Assembly: GCA_026986155.1 (NCBI GenBank)
Contig: JALSPC010000193.1
Span: 2,537-66,536, forward strand
Direction: 5' to 3'
DNA: 64,000 nt
Origin: a bacterium
Lineage (GTDB): Bacteria > Desulfobacterota > S145-22
Below are positions 30,606 through 41,207 of the stretch, piece by piece; within the stretch, counting starts at the first letter, position 1; every line of letters starts with the position of its first letter. Position numbers and translations under genes: made by a program. The notes beneath the pieces are model-generated. The model was not told where the DNA came from. It worked only from the letters and a program-made list of their open reading frames with translations, and did not search any database.

Positions 30606-32000
30606 TTGGGTGAGCAACCGATACGTGTCCTTCTAATTGAGAAAGAACACGTGTACCGTGTTATGGCGAGAAAAATACTTACGGAGCATTATGATGTCGA
30701 TATCGCGGAAATGGCGCAACTGCCAGGGGTTAACGAAATAAAGAACGATACCTTCGATATCATCCTGACGGATCCCTTTCAGCAAGGGACAGATTTCGAA
30801 GAGTTTGTGTCAGAGGTTCGGACGCTCTATCCCAGAATTCCCATTGTTTTCATTACGAAAACCCGTGAGCCCGAGTCTATCATCAAAGGGTTTCGAATGG
30901 GAATCACGGATTATCTTTTCAAACCTTTTCAGGAAGATGATTTCAAAAGGATGTTCCAGCGCGCCATTTTCGCGCTCCATTCAAGTCAATCTCCCGCCCT
31001 GGAAGGGATCTTTCAGGTTTGTCAACAATTGAACCTGTGCCGCAGTATTGACAGGTTTTTTTATATCCTGGTTCTTTTTATCGCCAAGATCCTGACCTCA
31101 AAAAAGGCGATTGTGTTCTTCAAAGCTCCTGGAAAAGATCAGCGATTTGAACTACTTCAATCCATTGGTTTGTCGAGGGAGGCGGAGAAGGCTATTCAGC
31201 AATCTCTTATCCAAAAACCTGACTGGCTTATGCAAAAAAGAGAAGCCATTACCTTAATTGACCATGGAGACATGCCTCCCCCTATGGAGATGGTAGTGGG
31301 GGAACAAGAAAAATTTGTTTTTGTCATCCTTGGGAATGACGCCATAGGAAAGGGAGTACTTGGTTTTGACATGGGGCCACGTTCCCGGGAATTTATCGTG
31401 CCGGTGGTTCCCAAGATAGAAGAGTTGTTGAAAGAGTCGAGAATCATCTTTTCGAATCTCATGGAATTTCTGAAAGCACGCGAAATTGCGCTGAAAGACG
31501 ATCTGACGGACCTTTACAATATGCGCTCTTTTCAACGTCTCATGGAGAAAGAACTTCGAGAAGCGGACAAAGGAAAATATCCGGTATCGGTGCTTTTCAT
31601 GGATATCGATGATTTCAAGATGGTAAATGATACCTATGGTCACCTTATTGGCAGCAAGATACTCCAAGAGGTGGCTGAAATTCTTAAAAAGAATCTTCGC
31701 AAGGGAGAATTGATATTCCGGTATGGCGGCGATGAATTCGTGGTCGTTTTACCAGCCACGAACCAGGAACAGGCGAAACAAATCGGTGAACGGATCAGGT
31801 CCGGAATCGCGAGCCATCCTTTTCAGTCGTGTGAAAGGGAGAATATCCGCCTAACGGTTAGCATGGGTGTTGCGACGTACCCCGATCAGACAAAGAGTTT
31901 CAAGGAACTTTTGGAAACCGCGGATAAAGCGATGTACCACGGGAAAAAAGGGACGAAAAACGTAGTCTATGTGGCGGGAGAGTCGAAAAAAACCTCGTAG
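30606..32000 (+). CDS. response regulator with C-terminal GGDEF diguanylate cyclase domain
   Basis: receiver-like N-domain (DIILTD), linker domain, GGDEF domain with RYGGDEFVVVL. Confidence 0.85.
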   Translation: MGEQPIRVLLIEKEHVYRVMARKILTEHYDVDIAEMAQLPGVNEIKNDTFDIILTDPFQQGTDFEEFVSEVRTLYPRIPIVFITKTREPESIIKGFRMGITDYLFKPFQEDDFKRMFQRAIFALHSSQSPALEGIFQVCQQLNLCRSIDRFFYILVLFIAKILTSKKAIVFFKAPGKDQRFELLQSIGLSREAEKAIQQSLIQKPDWLMQKREAITLIDHGDMPPPMEMVVGEQEKFVFVILGNDAIGKGVLGFDMGPRSREFIVPVVPKIEELLKESRIIFSNLMEFLKAREIALKDDLTDLYNMRSFQRLMEKELREADKGKYPVSVLFMDIDDFKMVNDTYGHLIGSKILQEVAEILKKNLRKGELIFRYGGDEFVVVLPATNQEQAKQIGERIRSGIASHPFQSCERENIRLTVSMGVATYPDQTKSFKELLETADKAMYHGKKGTKNVVYVAGESKKTS

Positions 32001-32127
32001 GCTTTGGCGGGAGACACCAAAAATCTCGTAAACTCATTTCCAAGGCTTCTTTCGGCACAAAGTGTTTACAACAATCAAGTAATCTGTTAGATAGAAACAA
32101 CTTTAACCTTGGATGGGGAAGGGATAT

Positions 32128-34383
32128 ATGAAGAAAGGGCTGAGGATAGCAACTGTTTCCTTTTTGCTCGTTCTGGCAGGCGTCGTTTCTCTCTATGCAC
32201 AGAGCCAGATCGTCCGTATCGATATCGTTGGAAACCGTAAGGTCGGCAAAGACGCGATTCTTGCCGTTATCAAAAGCAAACCGGGGAATCCATTCGATAT
32301 GGCTACGGTTCAGGAGGATCTCAAGGCGATCTACAGAATGGGATATTTTAAGGACGTCCAGGCCGACGTGAAGAACCTATCCAATGGTAAGCTCTTGACT
32401 TTTCTCGTTGTCGAGAAGCCCTACATCGTGAGGATTTTCTTCAAGGGGAACAAGGAACTGAAACGGGAGGATGTCTCCTCCAAGCTGGCGGGCTTAAAAT
32501 ACACGATTCTGAATACCGATAAAATTCACAAAGCCATTCGTGAGTTGAAGGCGGTATACGCGGACAAGGGATTCTACAACGCCAAAATTGACTATAAAGT
32601 GGAACTTCTTGAAGGAAATGAAGCGGCGATTCATTTCACCATCGACGAAGGGAAGCGGGGCTACATCAAGAAAATCACCTTCGTGGGCAACAAGCACATC
32701 AAAGCAAAGAAGCTGAGGAAGGTCATCCACACCAAGACGCGGAACTGGCTTTCCTGGCTGACCGGCACTGGAAAGCTGAACCGCGAGATACTGAAACTGG
32801 ACACGGAGATGATTAAGGCGGCCTATTTCGACCAGGGGTTCCTGGAGGTCAAGGTGGACGAACCCAACATCAAGATCTCGAAGGACGGGAAATCCATCTA
32901 CATCACCTTCAAGATTCACGAAGGCCCACAGTACAAAGTTTCGTCGATCGGTATTCGCGGCGATCTTCTCAAGCCGAAAAAGGAGCTGATGAAGCTCGTC
33001 AAGACGAAGGCAGGAAAGATTTACAGCAGTTCCGTAGTCAGATCGGACATCACGGCGTTGACGAACCTTTATTCGGATCAAGGCTACGCCTATGTGGATG
33101 TCAACCCCATCACGAAGCTGGACAAAAAAAACAGGACGGTCAAGATTACCTACGACATTTCGAAGGGAGAAATCACCTACTTTGGGAAGGTCAATATCAC
33201 CGGGAATCTTTCCACCCGGGACAACGTGATTCGGAGGGACCTGGCCTTCGTGGAAGGTGAACTCTACTCCGGACGAAAGTTGAAGGTCAGCCGGCACCGG
33301 TTGAAGGAATCCGGGCTTTTCGAGAAGGTGGACATCTCCACACATAAAGACCCCGAAAAAAAGAACTCGGTCGACGTGGACGTCAAGGTCGAGGAGGGGA
33401 AGTGGGGATCCGTCGGGATCGGCGCCGGTTACAGCACCCAGGAAAACCTCATGTTGACGGGCAGCATCGAACACAAAAATCTCTTTGGACGCGGGTATAT
33501 TGTAAAACTCCGGGGCGACATGGGGTCCAAGAGCCAGTTCTTCCGCTTTAGTTTTGTTAATCCCGCCATCCGGGACAGTATCTACTCCATGGGTCTGGAT
33601 CTCTACCACGACCGGTATGAATACGACAGTTTCAGCTCCAAGACATCGGGCGGCAGCGTGAAGCTTGGCCGTCCCCTCCCCTGGTGGGGGATCTATGGTT
33701 CCGTCCGCTACACCCTTCAGGATGTGGATGTCTACAACATTGACGAAACGGCCTCTATTTACGTCAAGGATCAGAGGGGACGGCGACTGGAAAGCAAAAT
33801 CCTGTTCAATCTTATCAGGGACCGCCGAAACAGCCGCCTCGACCCGACCCGCGGCTCCAGGGAATCTCTTTCCTTCGAAAACGGCGGCGGACCCCTCGGG
33901 GGAGACGTGGATTTCTGGAAGACCATCGCGGATGCCAGTTGGTATCATCCCTTTTTCTGGGACACAACGATCATGCTCCACGGCCGGGTTGGCTCTATGG
34001 ACAGTTACGGTGGCAAAAAACTGCTCATTACGGAAAAATTCTTCGTGGGAGGGCTGAAATCCATCCGCGGGTTTGAATACGGATATGCCGGACCAAGAGA
34101 CGAAAACGGGGATGCCATTGGCGCCAAAAACGAGGTTATCATGAACTGTGAGCTGATTTTTCCCCTCTATAAAGAGATCGGCCTGAAAGGGGTCGTTTTC
34201 TTCGACGCTGGGAAAGGGTTCGATTCGTGGAGCGATATTGGCGAAATAAGGACCAGCGCCGGATTCGGAATTCGGTGGTTATCCCCCATGGGGCCTTTGC
34301 GGCTTGAGTGGGGGTATAACCTGAACAAAAAGGGTGACGAGAAGCAGAGTGTCATGGAATTCACCGTGGGACAGTACTTCTAA
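32128..34383 (+). CDS. bamA: outer membrane protein assembly factor BamA
   Basis: signal peptide, five POTRA repeats, C-terminal barrel ending ...FTVGQYF; start at ATG 32128 with G-rich RBS. Confidence 0.9.
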   Translation: MKKGLRIATVSFLLVLAGVVSLYAQSQIVRIDIVGNRKVGKDAILAVIKSKPGNPFDMATVQEDLKAIYRMGYFKDVQADVKNLSNGKLLTFLVVEKPYIVRIFFKGNKELKREDVSSKLAGLKYTILNTDKIHKAIRELKAVYADKGFYNAKIDYKVELLEGNEAAIHFTIDEGKRGYIKKITFVGNKHIKAKKLRKVIHTKTRNWLSWLTGTGKLNREILKLDTEMIKAAYFDQGFLEVKVDEPNIKISKDGKSIYITFKIHEGPQYKVSSIGIRGDLLKPKKELMKLVKTKAGKIYSSSVVRSDITALTNLYSDQGYAYVDVNPITKLDKKNRTVKITYDISKGEITYFGKVNITGNLSTRDNVIRRDLAFVEGELYSGRKLKVSRHRLKESGLFEKVDISTHKDPEKKNSVDVDVKVEEGKWGSVGIGAGYSTQENLMLTGSIEHKNLFGRGYIVKLRGDMGSKSQFFRFSFVNPAIRDSIYSMGLDLYHDRYEYDSFSSKTSGGSVKLGRPLPWWGIYGSVRYTLQDVDVYNIDETASIYVKDQRGRRLESKILFNLIRDRRNSRLDPTRGSRESLSFENGGGPLGGDVDFWKTIADASWYHPFFWDTTIMLHGRVGSMDSYGGKKLLITEKFFVGGLKSIRGFEYGYAGPRDENGDAIGAKNEVIMNCELIFPLYKEIGLKGVVFFDAGKGFDSWSDIGEIRTSAGFGIRWLSPMGPLRLEWGYNLNKKGDEKQSVMEFTVGQYF

Positions 34384-34424
34384 GCAAAACCTTACAAAGT
34401 ATCGAGGTTATCGAGGAGCGTAAA

Positions 34425-34997
34425 ATGAACAATAGGATTATGGATCTGAGAAAGGCAATTTGGTTCGCCGTTATTCTGGCGGCACTCGTGGGATTTGGGA
34501 GTGTTTTGACGGTGGCTATCGGAACCTGCGCGGCGCTGCCCACCAAACTGGGATACGTGGACATGGAAAAGGCCGTTAATGAAAGTAAAGCAGGCAAGGC
34601 GGCGCGTAAAAAATTCGTGGCCTACATGAATAAGAGGCGCGCGGAGGCGGAGAAGAAAAAGAAAGACCTTCAATCCATGAAACAGATACTCGAAAAACAG
34701 GGGGCCCTCCTCGCCGAGGATGTTCGTGTTCAGAAGGAACGGGAATACCAGAAGAAGGTTGGAGAATACCAGCTTTACCTGAAAAATCTCCGAGCGGACG
34801 CTCGAACCAAGGAAATGGAGATGTCGAAAAAAATCATTCGTGAAATCCAGAAAATCATTTTTACCTATGCCCGAAAAGAGGGTTACGCCATGATCTTTGA
34901 GAAGACCAGAAGCGGCCTCCTTTACGCGCCAGATTCCCTGGATCTCACGAACACCATCATCAAGATCTACGACCAGGAATACGACAAGAAAAAGTAA
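34425..34997 (+). CDS. skp: periplasmic chaperone Skp (OmpH family)
   Basis: signal peptide, Lys/Glu-rich coiled-coil about 170 aa, between bamA and lpxD. Confidence 0.8.
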   Translation: MNNRIMDLRKAIWFAVILAALVGFGSVLTVAIGTCAALPTKLGYVDMEKAVNESKAGKAARKKFVAYMNKRRAEAEKKKKDLQSMKQILEKQGALLAEDVRVQKEREYQKKVGEYQLYLKNLRADARTKEMEMSKKIIREIQKIIFTYARKEGYAMIFEKTRSGLLYAPDSLDLTNTIIKIYDQEYDKKK

Positions 34998-35046
34998 CAG
35001 TCACAAAGAACACAGGATTCAAAGTAAAAGGAAGAAAATCGAGTCC

Positions 35047-36114
35047 ATGGGTGAAAAGCCCCTTTTTTCTTTGGGTGAGCTTGCTGAGAAGCTTGGCGCC
35101 GAACTGATAGGGGATGCCTCATTGAGGGTTTCAAGGATCGCCCCCATCGAACAGGCGGGGGATGGAGACCTCACGTTTTTGTCCGATCCCAAAAAGTCCT
35201 CTCACTTGAAGGAGACGCGCGCCGCCGCCGTTATCGTCCCGAAAGGGATAAAGGCGCCGGGCAAGAATCTCCTATTGGTGGAGAATCCCTATGCGGCCTT
35301 CGCCAAATCGCAGATGTTATTCCACCCGAGGCCCCGTTCCACGGGAGAAATAAGCCCTCTCGCGTCGATACACCCAGAGGCCAACCTGGGAGAAAACGTC
35401 TCCGTTGCCCCTTTCGCCTGTATCGAAAAGGGCGCCGTTATCGGGAACGGATGTATCATTCATCCCCATGTCTTCGTGGGGGAACGTTCCGTTCTTGGCA
35501 AGGAGTGTATCCTCTACTCCGGCGCCAAGGTCTACCCTGCCTGCCGTCTTGGAGACCGGGTCATTCTCCATAGTGGGGTTGTGATTGGGTCGGATGGTTT
35601 TGGTTACGCGTGGGACGGGCGAGAGCATCTGAAGATCCCCCAGGTAGGGGGAGTTGTTATCGGCAACGACGTGGAAATAGGGGCAAACAGTACCGTTGAC
35701 CGGGGAACCCTTGGAAACACGGTTATCGGCGAAGGCGTAAAAATCGACAACTTGGTTCAGGTGGGGCACAATGTGAAAATCGGCGACCGTGTGATTCTCG
35801 TGGCCCAGGTCGGGATCGCGGGGAGCACCGAGGTCGGAGATGGAACGATCCTGGCGGGTCAAGTAGGAGTGGCGGGGCACATCCGTATCGGAAAAGGCGT
35901 TAAAATAGCGGCCCAATCTGGGATCCACAACACAGTCAAGGACGGGGAAATCTTGTGCGGAACACCAGCCATCCCGGTCAAGACATTTTTCAAAGCCGCG
36001 TCCATATACCAAAAACTTCCGGAGATGCGCAAAAAGTTAAGGCAATTGGAAAAGAAGATTGACGGATTGGAACGCAAGTTGGAAGCATTAATGCCCCAAG
36101 GAGAGGATTTATGA
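35047..36114 (+). CDS. lpxD: UDP-3-O-acylglucosamine N-acyltransferase
   Basis: N-terminal [12 protein letters not shown] and left-handed beta-helix hexapeptide repeats; start at ATG 35047. Confidence 0.9.
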   Translation: MGEKPLFSLGELAEKLGAELIGDASLRVSRIAPIEQAGDGDLTFLSDPKKSSHLKETRAAAVIVPKGIKAPGKNLLLVENPYAAFAKSQMLFHPRPRSTGEISPLASIHPEANLGENVSVAPFACIEKGAVIGNGCIIHPHVFVGERSVLGKECILYSGAKVYPACRLGDRVILHSGVVIGSDGFGYAWDGREHLKIPQVGGVVIGNDVEIGANSTVDRGTLGNTVIGEGVKIDNLVQVGHNVKIGDRVILVAQVGIAGSTEVGDGTILAGQVGVAGHIRIGKGVKIAAQSGIHNTVKDGEILCGTPAIPVKTFFKAASIYQKLPEMRKKLRQLEKKIDGLERKLEALMPQGEDL

Positions 36115-36551
36115 TTTCTATTGAGAAGATTCAGACCCTTTTGCCTCATGCCTACCCCTTCCTGCTCGTCGACCGTGTCATTGAGATCGAGCTGGGGAAA
36201 AGGATCCTCGCGTTGAAGAATGTTACGGTAAATGAACCCTTTTTTCAGGGGCATTTCCCGGGGCGCCCCATCATGCCGGGGGTCTTGATCCTCGAGGCGA
36301 TGGCGCAAGCAGGGGGAATCCTGGCATTCGAAACAATCAAACAGTATAACGTCAAGGACCGGGCTGTCTATTTCATGGGAATCGACAAGGCAAAGTTTCG
36401 CCGCATCGTGATACCGGGTGACCAGCTCATGCTCGAGGCGGAGATTCTAAAGCACCGTGGAGGCGTCTACTGGTCGTTCCAGGCCTACGCCCGCGTGGAA
36501 GGAACCGTCGTGGCGGAGGCCCGCATGCTGGCAGCCCTGGAAAAAAAATAG
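36111..36551 (+). CDS. fabZ: 3-hydroxyacyl-ACP dehydratase
   Basis: [13 protein letters not shown]...[22 protein letters not shown] hot-dog motif. Confidence 0.92.
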   Translation: MISIEKIQTLLPHAYPFLLVDRVIEIELGKRILALKNVTVNEPFFQGHFPGRPIMPGVLILEAMAQAGGILAFETIKQYNVKDRAVYFMGIDKAKFRRIVIPGDQLMLEAEILKHRGGVYWSFQAYARVEGTVVAEARMLAALEKK

Positions 36552-36578
36552 AATAAAATAAGAAGAAAAGAGGAAAAA

Positions 36579-37358
36579 TTGCTTAAAATACATCCAACAG
36601 CAGTCATATCCAGGGAAGCAAACCTGGGAAACGACGTGGAAATTGGGCCCTACGCGGTCATTGAGGGGAACGTGGTCATCGGGGATGGCTCCTTCATCGG
36701 GTCCCATGCCGTGGTCAAGGGACCGACAACCATCGGAAAAAATTGTAAAATCTACCAGTTCGCCTCCGTGGGTGAAATCCCTCAGGACCTCAAGTTCAAG
36801 GGGGAAGAAACCACCCTCGCGATAGGGGATGGAAATGTGATTCGTGAATACGTCACCATCAACCGGGGAACCGTTGGGGGCGGCGGACAGACGCGGATAG
36901 GCAACGGCAATTTTCTCATGTCTTACGTCCACGTGGCCCACGACTGTATCATTGGAGATTACAATATCCTCGCCAACGTGGCGACACTCGCCGGTCACGT
37001 TACCATCGAGAACTTTGCGATTATAGGGGCCCTTTCGGCCGTCCACCAGTTTGCCCGGATTGGATCCTACGCCTTCGTCAGCGGAATGACGGGAGTCTCC
37101 CTCGACATTCCCCCCTACGTGAAGGCGGCGGGGGGACGCTCTAAACTTTACGGACTCAATACCATCGGCCTGCGCCGTCACGATTTCTCGGAAGAGACAA
37201 TTTCCGCCTTGAAAAAGGCCTACCGCCTGATCTTCAGGTCAAAAATGAAGATGTCGGAAGGTATTGAACAGATCGAATCGGACGCCATCGGAGAAATTGA
37301 GGCGGTCCGGAAATTCGTCGACTTTCTCAAAACAACGTCACGTGGAATCTGCAGGTAA
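36579..37358 (+). CDS. lpxA: acyl-ACP--UDP-N-acetylglucosamine O-acyltransferase
   Basis: IHPTAVIS, hexapeptide repeats, C-terminal helical domain. Confidence 0.9.
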   Translation: MLKIHPTAVISREANLGNDVEIGPYAVIEGNVVIGDGSFIGSHAVVKGPTTIGKNCKIYQFASVGEIPQDLKFKGEETTLAIGDGNVIREYVTINRGTVGGGGQTRIGNGNFLMSYVHVAHDCIIGDYNILANVATLAGHVTIENFAIIGALSAVHQFARIGSYAFVSGMTGVSLDIPPYVKAAGGRSKLYGLNTIGLRRHDFSEETISALKKAYRLIFRSKMKMSEGIEQIESDAIGEIEAVRKFVDFLKTTSRGICR

Positions 37359-38317
37359 TGAATCCCGTCAAGGTTGGGGTTATCGGGGTTGGGCGCCTGG
37401 GCGCCTTTCACGCACAGAAGTATAAAAGCCTCGAAACCTGTAACCTGGTTGCCATCGCCGATATCGACCAAAAACGCGCGAAGAAGGTGGCAAAATCCCT
37501 GGGCATTCCCTATTTCACGGATTACCGGGACCTGTTCGGCAAGGTAGAGGCGGTCAGTATCGCCACGCCCACGTCGACCCATTTCGATGTGGGAATAATG
37601 TGCCTCTCCCACGGGCTTCACGCGCTCATCGAGAAACCCCTTTCCACCACGCCGGAACAGGCCGAGGCGTTGATCGAGACGGCGGAAAAGGCGGGGGTCA
37701 CGCTCCAGGTCGGCCACGTGGAACGTTTCAACCCCGCGATCCTGAGGGCGGATCCCCTGATTCAACGCCCTCTCTTCGTGGAGGTTCACCGCCTTGGGAA
37801 TTTTTCAAGGCGTGGAACGGACGTGGACGTGGTGCTCGACCTGATGATCCACGACCTCGACCTTGTCATCCACTACGTGAACAGCCCCGTGACGCACATT
37901 TCCGCGGCGGGGGTGCCCGTTTTGACCCCTCAGGGGGATATCGCCAATGTCCGCCTCGAGTTTGCGAGCGGGTGCGTGGCCAATCTCACGGCAAGCCGGG
38001 TATCGAAGGAAAAAACCCGGAAGTTTAGGCTCTTCCAGCAGAACGGCTACCTGTCCATCGACCTGTTGAACCACGAAGTCGCCTGGGTCAAAAAGGTTGA
38101 CCGGCAGGTCCTGGGACGTCCCATCATCATGCCGAGAAAATTGAAGGTCCCGCCGAAGGATGCCCTGCAGGAGGAAATAGCCTCTTTCTTGAAGGCCGTG
38201 GCGGGTAAGGAACCCGTGAAAGTTTCGGGAGAGGATGGCTTGAAGGCCCTCCGGCTGGCCATGACCATCAAGGAAGAAATGCAGCGCCGGCTGAAAACCA
38301 TTTCACTTAACCCGTAA
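37358..38317 (+). CDS. Gfo/Idh/MocA-family NAD-dependent oxidoreductase, GnnA-like (UDP-GlcNAc 3-dehydrogenase candidate)
   Basis: Rossmann VKVGVIGVGRLG and EKP motif; location between lpxA and lpxB mirrors gnnA of Acidithiobacillus ferrooxidans. Confidence 0.55.
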   Translation: MNPVKVGVIGVGRLGAFHAQKYKSLETCNLVAIADIDQKRAKKVAKSLGIPYFTDYRDLFGKVEAVSIATPTSTHFDVGIMCLSHGLHALIEKPLSTTPEQAEALIETAEKAGVTLQVGHVERFNPAILRADPLIQRPLFVEVHRLGNFSRRGTDVDVVLDLMIHDLDLVIHYVNSPVTHISAAGVPVLTPQGDIANVRLEFASGCVANLTASRVSKEKTRKFRLFQQNGYLSIDLLNHEVAWVKKVDRQVLGRPIIMPRKLKVPPKDALQEEIASFLKAVAGKEPVKVSGEDGLKALRLAMTIKEEMQRRLKTISLNP

Positions 38318-38323
38318 TCAGGC

Positions 38324-39460
38324 ATGGCCGAGGGTAAACGGATACTCATCGTCGCCGGGGAAACCTCGGGGGATCTCCATGGGGCTGCCTTGGTTACCGA
38401 GATGAGACGCGCGGACCCCGCCCTCGAATTCGTGGGAATCGGGGGAGACAGGATGGCGGAGGCGGGCGTGGATATCGGGTATCACGTCCGGGATCTGGCG
38501 GTCGTGGGAACGGTGGAAGTTCTTTCCATCCTGCCCAGGTTGGTGCGGGCCTACCGGTGGCTGATCCGGCAAATAAAGGAAAATCCCCCCCGGATAGTGG
38601 TGCTTATTGACTACGCGGAGTTCAACCTCTTCTTCGCGGGGCGGGCGAGGAAGCTGGGGGTGCCCGTGGTGTTTTATATCAGTCCCCAGGTCTGGGCCTG
38701 GCGGCGGGGCCGGGTCAGGCGAATCGCGCGGAACGTGGAAGAAATGGTGGTGATTCTTCCCTTCGAAAAGGACTTTTACGAGGCGCATGGCGTCAAGGTG
38801 AGCTTCGTGGGGCATCCCCTCGTGGATAAGTTGTCGGAGTGGGAAGACTATAAACGCCCCGGGGGTGAAAACCGGCGGATCGGCTGGATGCCCGGGAGCC
38901 GGAATTCGGAGGTGGACCGTCTTCTGCCCGTCATGGCCAAGGCAGCGGGCCTGCTGGACCGGGAGACGGCGATTCCCCTCGAGCACGTGATCCCGGCGGC
39001 GCCCGGAATCTCCCCGGAAAGGCTGCGGAACACCTTCCAGGCGGAGGGCCTTTCCGTGGAGATTGTTGAAAACGACTCGACGCGGGTGATGGGCGGATGT
39101 GACCTCATCGTCATGGCCTCCGGAACGGCCACCCTGGAGGCGGCGCTTCTTGCGGTCCCGGCGGTTATCGTGTATAAGGTTTCCTTCGTCTCTTATCTGT
39201 TGGGAAGGGTCCTGCTCCGGGTCCCATGGATCGGCCTGGCGAACATCGTGGCGGGAAAGGAGATCTATCCGGAGTTGATCCAGTATGACGCGACCCCGGA
39301 AAGAATCGTGGGGGCGTGCCGGGCCATGCTGGAAACGCCGGGCAGGTTGCAAGAGATAAGGGGTGAATTGAAACAAATCAGGGAAAAACTTGGGGGCCCT
39401 GGCGCTTCCCAGAGAACGGCAGAGGTCATCTATCGTTATGTTGCGGAAAACCCTGCGTAA
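38324..39460 (+). CDS. lpxB: lipid-A-disaccharide synthase
   Basis: ILIVAGETSGDLHGA N-terminus, about 380 aa GT-B fold. Confidence 0.9.
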   Translation: MAEGKRILIVAGETSGDLHGAALVTEMRRADPALEFVGIGGDRMAEAGVDIGYHVRDLAVVGTVEVLSILPRLVRAYRWLIRQIKENPPRIVVLIDYAEFNLFFAGRARKLGVPVVFYISPQVWAWRRGRVRRIARNVEEMVVILPFEKDFYEAHGVKVSFVGHPLVDKLSEWEDYKRPGGENRRIGWMPGSRNSEVDRLLPVMAKAAGLLDRETAIPLEHVIPAAPGISPERLRNTFQAEGLSVEIVENDSTRVMGGCDLIVMASGTATLEAALLAVPAVIVYKVSFVSYLLGRVLLRVPWIGLANIVAGKEIYPELIQYDATPERIVGACRAMLETPGRLQEIRGELKQIREKLGGPGASQRTAEVIYRYVAENPA

Positions 39461-41207
39461 GCATCCGGAAATCAAGCGTCTCTACGGTTACGTGAGGCCT
39501 TACATGGGCCGCCTCCTCGTGGCCATGGTTTGCATGGTGGTCGTGGCGTTCACCACGGCCTTTTCGGCCTACCTCGTCAAACCGGTGCTCGACGACATCT
39601 TCCTCAACAAGGATGTCTTCAAGCTCATGATCCTGCCCCTCGTAGTCATCGCGCTCTACCTTTTGAAGGGGGGCGCCATGTATGGCCAGCGGTACCTGAT
39701 GGCCTTCATCGGGCAGAGGATCGTGGCCAATATCCGGCGGGACCTCTACTTCCATCTCCAGGACCTGGACCTCTCCTACTATTTCAAAAACGCCACGGGG
39801 GCAATTTTATCCCGGCTCATCAATGATGTGAACCTGCTGCGGGGCGCCGTCTCCGGCGCGGTAACGAGCCTGCTGCGGGATTTCTTTACCATCGCGGGCC
39901 TCATCTTCGTCGTCTTTTACCGAAACTGGCGCTTGGCGTGCATTGCCATGCTGGTTCTCCCCGTTGCCGTCTATCCCATCGTCGCGTTCGGCAGAAAGTT
40001 CTTCAAATTCAGCACCCGGAGCCAGGAGACCATCGGGGATCTGTCCATGATTATCCACGAGGCCATCACGGGGATCCGCATCGTCAAGGCCTTCGGGATG
40101 GAGGACTACGAGAAGCGCCGGTTCAGCGTGGAAAACGAGCGGCTCTTTCGTATCTACATGAAGATTCAGAAGGTGCGGGCCCTTTCGTCCCCCGTGATGG
40201 AAACCCTGGGCGGCCTGGGAATCGCGGCCATCATCTGGATCGGCGGCTACCAGGTCTTGAAGGGACACGCCACGCCCGGGACCTTTTTCTCCTTCATGAC
40301 GGCCCTCTTCATGCTGTATCAGCCCATCAAGAAGATCAACAAATCCAACAGCGTGGTGCAGGAGGGGCTTTCCGCGGCCCGGCGGATCTTCGATGTCATG
40401 GACATCGCGCCCAAGGTGGTCGAGGCGCCGGACGCTATCGACTTTCCCGCAAACTGGCGGACCCTCGGCTTCGACCGCGTGGGATTCGCCTACGACGGGG
40501 AGATGGCCCTGCAAGACATCACCTTCTCCGTCTCCCGTGGGAAAATGGTCGCGTTCGTGGGAAAGAGCGGAAGCGGAAAATCGACCCTGCTCAACCTGAT
40601 CCCTCGATTTTACGACGTTACGGAGGGACGCATCATGTTTGACGGGACAGATATCCGAAATTTCAAAATCGCCTCTCTCCGTTCCCAGATCGCCATGGTC
40701 ACCCAGGAGATCATCCTCTTCAACGACACGGTTCGAAACAACATCGCCTACGGGAACCAAGACGTGTCGATGGACGAAATCATCGAGGCAAGCAAGCTGG
40801 CCAACGCCCACGATTTCATCATGAGTCTCCCCCAGGGTTACGACACGGTCATCGGGGAGAAGGGGGTGAAGCTGTCCGGCGGGGAGCGCCAGCGGATTTC
40901 CATCGCCCGCGCCATGCTCAAAAACGCGCCCCTGCTCATCCTCGATGAGGCCACCTCGTCCCTCGACGCCGAGGCGGAGGTGGAAGTGCAGAAGGGCCTA
41001 AACAACCTGATGGCCAGCCGGACGGTCCTCGTCGTTGCCCACCGCCTTTCCACCGTGATCGGCGCGGATCGCATCTACGTCCTGGAAAACGGACGCATCG
41101 TGGAGGAAGGCACCCATGAAAGTCTCTTCGCGGCCGGAGGCCACTATCGCCAGCTTTTCGACCTTCAGGTAAGAAATGGGTACGTTCTGGAAGCGCCTGC
41201 GGAATAG
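39438..41207 (+). CDS. msbA: lipid A export ABC transporter ATP-binding/permease
   Basis: six-TM domain plus NBD (GKSGSGKST, LSGGERQR, ILDEATS); start at ATG 39438. Confidence 0.88.
   Translation: MLRKTLRKHPEIKRLYGYVRPYMGRLLVAMVCMVVVAFTTAFSAYLVKPVLDDIFLNKDVFKLMILPLVVIALYLLKGGAMYGQRYLMAFIGQRIVANIRRDLYFHLQDLDLSYYFKNATGAILSRLINDVNLLRGAVSGAVTSLLRDFFTIAGLIFVVFYRNWRLACIAMLVLPVAVYPIVAFGRKFFKFSTRSQETIGDLSMIIHEAITGIRIVKAFGMEDYEKRRFSVENERLFRIYMKIQKVRALSSPVMETLGGLGIAAIIWIGGYQVLKGHATPGTFFSFMTALFMLYQPIKKINKSNSVVQEGLSAARRIFDVMDIAPKVVEAPDAIDFPANWRTLGFDRVGFAYDGEMALQDITFSVSRGKMVAFVGKSGSGKSTLLNLIPRFYDVTEGRIMFDGTDIRNFKIASLRSQIAMVTQEIILFNDTVRNNIAYGNQDVSMDEIIEASKLANAHDFIMSLPQGYDTVIGEKGVKLSGGERQRISIARAMLKNAPLLILDEATSSLDAEAEVEVQKGLNNLMASRTVLVVAHRLSTVIGADRIYVLENGRIVEEGTHESLFAAGGHYRQLFDLQVRNGYVLEAPAE

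Noticed and set aside
38318-39475. 385-aa minus-strand ORF antisense to lpxB
   Set aside because: Shadow ORF of the high-GC lpxB gene.
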